From the human T2T-CHM13v2.0 reference genome, Homo sapiens, in the NCBI RefSeq assembly GCF_009914755.1, contig NC_060931.1: 64,000 nt of DNA; one strand, given 5' to 3'. Shown here one piece after another: positions 15,090 to 28,500 of this stretch. The position numbers and the translations under genes were made by a program. A model generated the notes under the pieces. It was not told where the DNA came from, did not search any database, and saw nothing but the letters and a program-made list of their open reading frames with translations. Each line of letters opens with the position of its first letter. Position 1 is the first letter of the stretch.

Positions 15090-16150
15090 TGACAACACAT
15101 TTAAATGTAGTGTATCAAAGAAAGGTCTGGTTTCTTACACTGTAGGTGACTTAATTGTTGAAAGCAGGCAATGTTTGAATAGTAAAAAACCAAACTTACC
15201 CTGCCTTTGTTGCTTGCCACCTGGGTATTAACATGAATCTTCATTTTTGAACTTCAGTGGGAGGAAGCCTTCATTTCAGCTTCTAGGTCAAGGTGCGTTA
15301 ACAGAATTGGAGGGCATTGAGTTTAACTCACATAACTCTTTCTTTTTGTCATTCCAGGAAAAAGTTACCCCTAAGGTAAAGCTAGCATGTAACTCCTCCT
15401 TTTCCTCCCTTTTACCAGTTAGTTTCAGACTATTTCACCTAATTAAAAATGAACTCATAATATTTCATGAATTAAAGAATGGAGAACATAGAAGAGGTTA
15501 AGAACTGGTGTTGAAATCTCCTGCCATGGAAATTCATTGTTACTGAGGTGGCTCATATATCAGAGCACTGCCTTCTGCGGACATTAAAATTCACTTTGTT
15601 TCGTGTCCCTAATACTGCCCAGCCCTTGGGAAGCACGAAGCTGACATTGTATTAGGCAATTCACGCTGACCTAATAACTCAAAGCAATCATCACTGGTAA
15701 CTTAAAGTGACTACACTCCAAAAGAAATAGAGCCTAAGGTCACAGTTATAAATCTTACCACAGGAAGGCCAAAGATTATAATCTTTATGCCAAGTGCTGC
15801 AGATTCCTTTCTGCTTAGGAGAGTCATATTTCAAAGACTTTACTAATCTGAAACCTATAGGTGGTTGTGACAATAGCAGATATGGCTTACATGACATCAA
15901 ACCCACATTTTAAAGAACACTGGGTAAATCAGTAAAAAAGGGGCAATTATATTTATTATATCTGCAGCCAAGACTGTATACTTTTACCTTCATACTATAC
16001 TGAAATGCAATATCATAATTGTTTTTGAACTCAAAGGCCTAACATATAATAAAAGCATAGTTAACTAAGGAGGCGTGTGATCCTCTTATCAGTGTATATT
16101 TGCATAATTTGCAAGCAGTCTCTGAGTTTGCTATGATGATGTGTAAACAG

Positions 16151-16328
16151 AGGGTATTTGTTCAGTTGGAACTTTGTGCTGTGGAGACTAAAGTCAAAGG
16201 TTTGATCCCTAATCAGGGCAGACAGCTTCACTGTTGGGTGACTGAAAGCACTTTATCATTATGCTTCCTCAAGATCGAGGGGCTTCAGGACAGTGAACAT
16301 GTAAGTTGCCCACTGCTAAAGAAAAACA
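16151..16328 (+). mobile_element. MamSINE1-like ancient tRNA-derived SINE
   Basis: Degenerate A box (ttgttcagttgg ~16158-16169), B box (ggtttgatccc 16199-16209), then 'gggcagacagctt' and an end 'ccactgctaaagaaaaac' similar to the remembered MamSINE1 consensus. Confidence 0.55.
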
Positions 16329-16399
16329 TGTTTTAAATGTTTTTATTTGACTTTTTTTTATATAAGGAATGTATGCCTTCTTTGTGCAAAATAAGATGT

Positions 16400-17650
<1,251 letters not shown>

Positions 17651-17877
17651 TAAAAGGTCTTAGAGAGTCTTCCTGGACCCAATATTGTAGAAAAACAATT
17701 TCAAGTACACACCTTAACGATGGTGGACTTTTAACTCCAGGGATCTCAAACAAACAACCATAGAAGTCTGGCAGGTTATGGAAAGTTATGATACCCAACC
17801 AATAAGAAAAATAGGGTATACTGGGGGCTGTGATAAAATACAGCATGTACACCCCATCTAAAGGAGACAGTCAGTAC

Positions 17878-18743
17878 TGTCAACCTCAAATAACCAAAAG
17901 GATCAGGGTTTAATTTAAAGAGAGTTTATTCAAGCACAAAGTTTGAAGATGGCCCACATGGAAACACAAACTCCAAAGGAATGGAATCAGTGCTTCAAAA
18001 TAGAGAAGTTAAGGTTTCACTTATTCATACAGAATCAGAGAGTTTTTAGCAAGATTATGACATTTTTCATACAAGGTTGATGCATAGTTACAGCAGTTTA
18101 ATATGTTACAGGCAGCATTTCTTTTGGGAAGATACATTTAACATTTTTTACAGAGAGTGTAAGAGTCATGAGATTTTTGTCATGTGTTCTAAGCAAAGTA
18201 GGACAATAAAGGGAAAGTTAATTTGTAATAAGGACCATTAACTAAGAAAGCAGGAAGTTTTTGTCCCTGACGTCACTTAATTCTCTCCAGTCACTGTACA
18301 GAACAAGAAAAATAAAATAGCAAGTTAATCTATAATCTGAGAAACAGAAGTTGTAACTACATGTGACTCAGATCACAGTCGCATCTCTTTCAAGACTTAA
18401 AGTGTTTGAGGGATTCCATCAGCTTTTTTTTTTTTTAGATGGAGTTTCACTCTTGTTGCCCAGGCTGGAGTGCAGTGGTGGGATCTTGGCTTACTGCAAC
18501 TTCCACCTCCCAGGTTCAAGCTGTTCTGCCTCCGCCCTCCAAGTAGCTGGGATTGCCCACCACCATACCCAGCTAATTTTGTGTATTTTTAGTAGAGATG
18601 GGGTTTCACCATATTGGCTAGGCTGGTTTTGAACTCCTGATCTCAGGTGATCTGCCTGCCTTGGCCTCCCAAAGTGCTGGAATTACAGGCGTGAGCCACT
18701 GCGCCCAGCCTCCAGCAGCTTCTAAGTTATATTTATTTTCATA
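17878..18743 (-). mobile_element. ERV1 (MER4-group, LTR23/LTR47/MER72-like) solo LTR containing an Alu
   Basis: Termini TGT.../...TTTTCATA, reverse polyA signal 'tttatt', 4-bp TSD gtac/gttc. Confidence 0.7.
18424..18710 (-). mobile_element. AluS-type element inserted in the LTR
   Basis: TSD tccatcagctt/tccagcagctt. Confidence 0.95.
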
Positions 18744-18880
18744 GTTCTAAACTCCAGTCAAGATTGGCCCTTGAGTAATTCAGGCTAAATGTTACCACAT
18801 CTTCTTGTTTTTCTCTCTGAGAAAAGCCAGCTAACCAGATTTTTATATAAAATTTCCCAACTTTAAAATATATGTTAGGC

Positions 18881-19185
18881 CTTTTTATTATTTATTTATT
18901 TGGAACAGGGTCTCACTCTGTCACCCAGACTGGAATGCAGTGGCACGATCATGGCTCACTGCAGCCTTGACTTACCAGGCTCAAGTGACCCTCTCACTTC
19001 AGCCTCCTGAGTAGCTAGAACCACAGATGCATGCCACCACACTTGGCTCATTTTTAACATGTTTTTGTAGAGGTGGAGTTTCACTATATTGCCCAGGCTG
19101 GTCTCAAACTCCTGGGCTCAAGGGATCCTCCTGCCGTGACCTCCCAAAGTGCTAGGTTCACAGGCATGAGCCACCGTGCCTGGCC
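18881..19185 (-). mobile_element. AluJ element
   Basis: J diagnostics (gatcatggctcac, gggctcaag). Confidence 0.93.
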
Positions 19186-19193
19186 TTAACCCA

Positions 19194-19484
19194 TTTTTCC
19201 CCCCGAGACTGAGTCTTGCACTATCGCCCAGGCTGGAGTGCAGTGGCATTGATCTTGGCCCACTGCAACCTCTACCTCTTGGGTTCGAGCAATTCTCCTG
19301 CCTCAGTCTCCCAAGTCCTGGGATTACAAGTGCGCACCACCACACCCAGCTAATTTTTGTATTTTTAATAGATATGGGGTTTCACCATGTTGGCTAGGCT
19401 GGTCTCAAACTCCTGACCACATGATCCGCCCGCCTTGGCCTCCCAAAGTGCTGGGATTACAGGCGTGAGCCACCGTACCTGGCC
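19194..19484 (-). mobile_element. AluS-type element
   Basis: TSD aacccatttt on both sides; eroded tail. Confidence 0.93.
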
Positions 19485-19594
19485 AACCCATTTTTTAAAA
19501 AATAAAATTGCTCAGGCCACACCAAATGTGTCTGTGAGCCCCTGACATAAAGCTTAGTTCCTCATGGTACTTGCGCTATGAGAGAAAAAAAAGC

Positions 19595-19815
19595 CAAGGA
19601 TTTACTATGCATCGGGCATTGAAACTCATATACATCATTTTTTTAATCCTCAAAATAGCTTACCACTTAGTGTTAGTATGATCATTTTACAGATAAGAAA
19701 ACTGAAATTAAGGATGGATTAAAAATTTATCCACGTTAATCAGCTAGTAACAGAGCCAAGATTTCAACCCAGTTTTTCCAGCTCTAAAGAGTAGCTCTTC
19801 CAATCTTATCATGCT
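19595..19815 (-). mobile_element. MIR
   Basis: 'cattttacagataagaaaactgaa...cagctagtaacagagccaagatttcaaccc'. Confidence 0.75.
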
Positions 19816-19928
19816 ATAACTCTCACGAAATTCCAAAGTAGAAGGTCATCTTTATTTTCCCACTTTTTAGAAAGTGAACCGTAAAGATCTTAAAGGGCAT
19901 CTCCAGCATTGTTTGAAATGTAGAACTC

Positions 19929-20235
19929 CGCCGGGCACAGTGGCTCACGCCTGTAATCCCAGCACTTTGGGAGGCTGAGGTGGGTGGATCACTTGAGGTC
20001 AGGAATTCCAGACTAGCCTGGCCAATATGGTGAAACTCCATCTCTACTAAAAATACAAAAATTAGCTGGGCATGATGGCAGGCGCCTGGGATTCCGGCTA
20101 GTCAGGAGACTGAGGCAGGAGAATCGCCTGCATCCGGGAGGTGGAGGTTGCAGTGAGTCAAGATCGAGCCACTGTACTCCAGCCTGGGCGAAAGAGCAAG
20201 ACTGTCTCAAAACAAAAAAATAAAAACTAAAAACA
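19929..20235 (+). mobile_element. AluS-type element
   Basis: TSD gaaatgtagaact/gaaatataaaact. Confidence 0.95.
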
Positions 20236-21364
20236 GAAATATAAAACTAGATGAGACTTTGCACGTGGCAGAGATGAAGATTACTACCCAATTCAGTGTT
20301 AACCTCAAAATTAAAATTGTCACTGGACATCAGGGAAGACTCTTCCAGTGTGAAGTAGGGGAATGGCATGGAGTTCTCTTGGGATAAGGAGGTGGCAGTG
20401 GCTGAAAACTCAAAATTAACCAGCGCCAACCTCAAGACCTAGCCTTGGTACTGAGGATCTGCCCTTCAGCTTCGTGCTCCCATAGGAGAGCCTCAGAAAG
20501 ATGTGTGGCCAGATAAGCTACAGAGATTGCAGACAAACCAAAAAGAGAATAGAGTGGCAATCAAAGCAGTTCCTTTGAGAAAGGAATGTCATTTCTCTCC
20601 TTCTGAGAAACTGAAAACCCATGGCAAAGATTAAGATTTTGCCAAACATGGGAATTTGAAGAAAGCAGTATCTGCTCCATAAGAACTTTTGTTTGAATGA
20701 AGTAACCTGTTAATAAGGACAGATAATATTGATTTGTTTTATGTGAGTTTGCCTGGGGAGTTAACCACGGTCATAATAATTTTTAAGTTTCCGGGTTCTG
20801 AGGACCATGGCTTCTGTTCTTGGTATTACTCCCATTGGTTTTCTTTTTTAAAATATATTGATTAAATTAATCCAGGTCTTGGAATAACATATTCTGCACA
20901 GAAATCAAAGAGACAGAAAAAGTGATAAATAATTGATGCAGCCTCTGATATGTTAAACATGCAATGTTGAAAGAAAATTTTTCTCCTTTGACATACGGTA
21001 AGTCTGAGCATGTGTCATAATAAAAAGAGCTTGCCACATTCTTAAGGTTTGGAAGAAAACTAAAAATGAAAAAGAACAACTTTTTATGTTGATATCATGA
21101 TCTTCAGCATACTCTCTGCCAAAATTACTTCCTATCCAGTGATTTCATAAGATGTAGCAACGTTAAATTTTTATCTTTTTTCTGCAATTCAGGTACGAGT
21201 TAAGTAAAAATCTAAACAAGACATTCTTGGGCCTAAGATGCTCCCCAAAAGAGCATTTCAAAAGAAATTTGTTGCCACTTGATTTTATAAGTATATGACA
21301 AACTTGAATGAAACGAAGTTAGAGCAAAGAACTGGTCCAAGGCCTGGCTTAGTCACTTTTTAAC

Positions 21365-22033
<669 letters not shown>

Positions 22034-22663
22034 GGTCTCAGTAAGTTATAAATCATTACAATCTTTAGCTTATTTCCTAGTTTTCAGAAATGAGCAAGCT
22101 GAACCCTAAGTAGAATTCTTAAGTAGATGTCCCTTTTCAACAGAAGGGTTTCTATGCTTAGGCAAATCACATAATATTGACCTTACAACATTATTATACT
22201 TTGAAATTGGTTATGATATCCTTTTTATAGAAAATATAAGAGCGCTATGTGGAAAGCAGAGTTGAACTAGAGTCAAGAGGGCCCAACACTCAGCTCAGCT
22301 TTTACCAACTCATATTCACTTACTCTTCAAATGTCCCATCTGTAAAACATGATTCCCTATCTCACAGGTTATTAAAGTTACATACCTGCATGTGCTTTGT
22401 AAACTACTGAACAAGAAGCTGTCCTTTGTATTACTGCCATGTCAAAGAAGAATAATGTGCAACTTACCCAGGAGAAGGAGAAGGAAAGGATGTCATTGGC
22501 AGGGAGCTAGCCCCAGGAGCCACAGTGTCCCAAAGACTGTGGAGAGACTGAATTTGCTGACTTTGGGTGGGTTATTTTGGGGGAAAGCATTGTTGTTTTA
22601 GTCACAGTTGGCTGGGGGTATTTCCTTGACTTCGGCCCCCACCTTCCACATGGAAATTATGTT

Positions 22664-23653
<990 letters not shown>

Positions 23654-23779
23654 TTAATCCCAAATAGTGAAATTTCAGGATGGCAATAACTTTCAAAAAA
23701 TGTATTTCCACCCAGAAATTGAGAGGGAATTCTTAGGTCACTGCAAATCATCCCAGTGGAGTAACCCAATGCTCCAGTG

Positions 23780-24010
23780 AGAAAATGGTGTAACAGAATG
23801 AGATAGGACTTGAACTAAGAAGGATCTGGGCTTGAATTCCAGCTCTGCCATTGCTAATGATGTGGCCTTATGAAAGTTTCTTTACCCGTTTGATCCTCTT
23901 TTTAATTATCTATACAATGGAAATTTAAAAATACCTCGAAGGTTGTTGTGAACAATGTAAATAACATCTGCAAAAATGTCTAGCACAGGGTAGAATCAGT
24001 AAGTAGTAGC
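23780..24010 (+). mobile_element. MIR
   Basis: 'tctgggcttgaattccagctctgcca...ggttgttgtga'. Confidence 0.7.
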
Positions 24011-24089
24011 AATATTAAATTTCTCTCTTTTTTTGCACAGTAAAATGTCTTGAAAGACACAACCTCTACTTGCAGGCCTCCTTCTTTCC

Positions 24090-25368
24090 TGGATTCACTC
24101 CAGTCATGTTTCCCATCTCTCATTCCACCGGATCTGCTCTTGTGAAAGTCACCAATGGTGTTGATTCTGCCTTCAATTTTGTACTCCTTCTCAACAGCAT
24201 TTAACCCAATTGATCACTTCTTCCTTGGTTAGCTTTTTTCTCAGCTTCAGTGACACCACACCATCCTGATTTTCCACATATGCCACAGAAAGATCCTTCT
24301 CAGTCTCCTGTGCTTAACTGTTTTCCCAAGCAGAAATGCTAAATGTTGGAGAACTTAGGCTCAGTCCTAGAGCCTCATTTTTTCCATCCTCCCTCCCTCC
24401 ATAGGTAACATTATCCAGTCCTATAGTTTAACATCTGTCAAATCCCAAATTCACATCTTCCCTTGAACTCTAAATTCATACATTTAATTGTCTCTTTGGC
24501 ATCATCATGTGACAAGCACCTCCAGTTTAACAAGTAAAAATAGAACTCTTGACCACCAACAGCCCTTCCTCAAGTCTTCCACCATCCAGCAAATGGCATC
24601 ATTATCCATCCAATGGTGCTCTGTCAAAATCCTACCTATAAGTACATACTATTAGCTCCATCCCTAAAATACAGCCACAGTCTGTCTCAACTCTGCTTCC
24701 AAACCCCAAGATCAGGGCACCATCGTTTCTCATGGTTTCAGGCTTCCACTTCAATCCATTCTCCCATACGAGACATTGTGACCTTTTGAAAACATAAATC
24801 ATGCCATGTAACTTTCCCATCTAAAATCTTTCCACGGCTTTCTGTTGCACTTAGAATGAAATCCAAGTTGTTTACCACGGTTCGTTAAGGCTTACATGGT
24901 TGGGCCTCAGCTTCCTCTCCAAGCCGTCTCCTTTTACCACCCCCTCCAGCACACTACCCTCCCCCTTCACCAGTCTTCCTTCTTTCTGCTAAGCTTCTTT
25001 CTGCTTCAGGATCTTACCCTAATTGTTTCCTCTGCCTGGAACTTTCTGCTCCAGATCTTTCCATCAGCTGGCCCCTTCTCATAATTCTCAGAGAAGCCTT
25101 CCCTCCATCCAGTCTCAAATAGCTTCCACTCTCTCAGCGATGCCCTATTCATGTAACCCTGTGTTATTTTCTTTTTATTATGTGTATTTACTTGAAATCA
25201 CTTTGTTGATCTATGTGTTTACATCTGTGTTATCTCTCTCTCCTCCACTAGACTATATGCTCCAGGAGAACAGGAACGGATTTCTCACTCATCTATGTAT
25301 AGCGCCTAGACAGAACTGACACATAATAGACATTCAAAAATATTTGTCAAATGAGTGAATGAACGAAT
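24090..25368 (+). mobile_element. L2 (L2a-like) ~1.3-kb 3' fragment
   Basis: 'tgtgaaagtcaccaatg', 'gcacttagaatgaaatccaa', ending in 'aatatttgtcaaatgagtgaatgaa'. Confidence 0.8.
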
Positions 25369-25519
25369 TCACAGTAGTTGTCATTGCCCTGCTATGTACA
25401 AATCTGTGGCACGGGTGGTACGGAATACCACCCTCTACTTGGTTCCATTTTTGCCACCTGGCCAGCTCCTTCTGCTTTAACCAACTGTGTTTTCTTCTCT
25501 TTATCTGCTTACACCCACA

Positions 25520-25521
25520 TT

Positions 25522-25564
<43 letters not shown>

Positions 25565-28500
25565 TTTTAACTTCTATTTTAGGTTCAGTGGCATATGTGC
25601 AGGTTTGTTACATAGGTAAGCTACATGTCACAAAGGTTTAGCATACAGATTATTTTATCACCCAGGTAATAAGCATAGTACCTGATAGGTATTTTTTCTG
25701 ATCCCTTTCCTCCTTCCACCCTTTACCTTCCAGTAGGCCCCAATATCTGTTGTTCCCCTCTTTACGTCCATGTGTTCTCATCACTTAGCTCTTACTTATA
25801 AGTGAGAACATGCAGTATTTGGTATTCTGTTCCTGTGTTAGTTTGCTAAGGACAATGGCCTCCAGCTCCATCCATGTTCCTGCAAAGGATATGATCTTGT
25901 TCTTTTTTATAGCTGTGTAGCATTTCATGGTGTATATGTACCACATTTTCTTTATCCAGCCTACCATCGATGTGCATTTAGGTTGATTTCATGTCTTTGC
26001 TACTATGAATAGTGCTGTGATGAACATATGTGTGCATGTGTCTTTATGGTAGAATGATTTATACTCCTTGGGGTATATGCCCAATAATGGGATTGCTACA
26101 TCAAATGGTAATTCTGTTTCAAGTTCTTTGAGGAATCGACAAACTGCTTTCCACAATGGCTGAACTAATTTACACTCCTACCAGCAGTGTATAATCATTC
26201 CCTTTTCTTCACAACCTCGCCAGCATCTGTTATTTCTTGACTTTTTAATAACAGCCATTCTGACTGGTGTGAGATGGTATATCATTGTGGTTTTGATTTG
26301 CATTCCTCTAATAATTAATAATGTTGAGCATTTTCATATTCTTGTTGGCCTCATGTATGTCTTCTTTTGAAAAGTGATTGTTCATGTCTTTTGCCCACTT
26401 TTTAATGGAGTTGTTTGTTTTTTGCTTGTAAATTTGCTTAAGTTTCTTACAGTTTCTCGATATTAGACCTTTGTTGGATGCATAGTTTGCAAATATTTTC
26501 TCCCATTCTGTAGGTTGTCTGTTTACTCTGTTGACAGTTTGTTTTGGTGTGCAGAAGCTCTTTAGTTTAATTAGATTCCATTTTCCAATTTTTATTTCGG
26601 TTGCAATTGCTTTTGTCATCTTCATCATGAAATCTTTGCCAAGTCCTATGTACAGCATGGTATTTCCTAGGTTATCTTCTAGGGGTTTTTTAATTAATTA
26701 ATTAATTTTTTTATTATACTTTAAGTTCTGGGATACAAGTGCAGAACGTGCAGGTTTGTTACATAGGTATACATGTGCCATGGTTGCTGCACCCATCAAC
26801 CTGTCATCTACATTAGGTATTTCTTCTAATGCTATCCCTCCCCTTGCCCCCCACCCCTAAACGACAGGCCCCAGTGTGTGATGTACCCCTCCCTGTGCCC
26901 ATATGTTCTCATTGTTCGACTCTCACTTATGAGTGAAAACATGCAGTGTTTGGTTTTCTGCTCCTATGTTAGCTTGCTGAGAATTATGGTTTCCAGTTTT
27001 ATCCATGTCCTTGCAAAGGTAATGAACTCATTCTTTTTTATGGCTGCGTAGTATTCCATGGTGTATATGTGCCACATTTTCTTTACCCAATCTATCATTG
27101 GTGGACATTTGGGTTGGTTCAGAGTATTTGCTGTTGTGAATAGTGCTGCAATAAACATACATGTGCATGTGTCTTTATAGTAGAATGATTTATCATCCTT
27201 TGGGTATACACCCTGTAACGGGATTGCTGGGTCAGAAGTATTTCTAGTTCTAGATCCTTAAGGAATTGGCACACTGTCTTCCACAATGGTTGAACTAATT
27301 TACACTCCCACCCACAGTGTAAAAGCATTCCCTATTTCTCCACATCCTCTCCAGCATCTGTTGTTCCCTGATTTTTTGATGCTCACCATTCTAACTGGTA
27401 TGAGATGGTACCTCATTGTGGTTTTGATTTGCATTTCTCTAATGACCAGTGATGATGAGCTGTTTTTCATGTTTGTTGGCAGCATAAATGTCTTCTTTTG
27501 AGAAGTGTCTGTTCATATCCTTCACCCACTTTTTGATGTGACTGTTTATATTTTTCTTGTAAATTTGTTTAAGTCCCTTGTAGATTCTGGATTGCTGACA
27601 AAGGGCTTCTAGGGTTTTTATAGTTTTAGGTTTTACATTTAAGTTTTCAATCCATCTTGAGTTGATTTTTGGATGTGGTGTAAGGTAAACATTGGCCTAC
27701 TGGCTAGCCATATACAGAAGGTTTTGTATGTGGTGTAAGGTAGAGGTTGGCTCAGTCCTAGAGCCCCGTTTTTCCATCTTCCTTCCCCCCATAGGTTGGC
27801 CTCTACCTTTTACTACGCACCATTTACTGAATGGGGAATCCTTTCCCCATTGCTTGTTGCTTGTTTTTTGTCAGTTTTGTCAAAGATTAGATGGTTGTAG
27901 GTGTGTGCCATTATTTCTGGGCTCTCTATTTTGTTCCATTGGTCTATGTCTCTGTTTTTGTAACAGTAACATGCTGTTTTGGTTACTGTAGCCCTGTAGT
28001 ATGATTTGAAGTCAGATAATATGATGCCTCCAGCTTTGTTCCTTTTGCTTGGGATTGCCTTGGTTATTTGCACCCTTTTTTTGGTTCCATATGAATTTTA
28101 AAATAGTTTTTTTAATTCTGTGAGGAATGCCATTGGTAGTTTTATAGGAATAGCATTGAATCTGTAAATCACTTAGGGTAGTACCACCATTTTAATTGTA
28201 TTGATTCTTCCTATCCATGAGCATGGAATGTTTTTTAATTTGTCATCTCTGATTTCTTTGGACAGTGTTTTGTAATTCTCATTGTACAGATATTTCACCT
28301 CCCTGGTTAGCTGTATTCCTAGGTATTTTATTCTCTTTGTGGGAATGCTACTGATTTTTGTACATTGATTTTGTATTCTTAAAATTTGTTGAAATTGTTT
28401 CTCAGATCAAGGAGCTTTGGGGCAGAAGCTATGGAGTTTTCTAAATACAGAATCATGTCATTTGCAAACAGGGATACTTGGACTTCCTCTCTCCCTATTT

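Larger units (their letters stand above)
17738..19550 (+). mobile_element. MER102-like hAT-Charlie DNA transposon relic, split by an LTR and Alus
   Basis: Collinear pieces: 17738-17877 ('ccccatctaaaggagacag'), 18748-18880 ('gaaaagccag...gatttttatataaaatttccc'), ~19500-19550 ('ggccacaccaaatgtgtctgtgagcc'). Confidence 0.6.

Noticed and set aside
16151-16225. Functional tRNA gene
   Set aside because: A/B boxes are degenerate and no cloverleaf can be folded; a tRNA-derived SINE relic explains it better.
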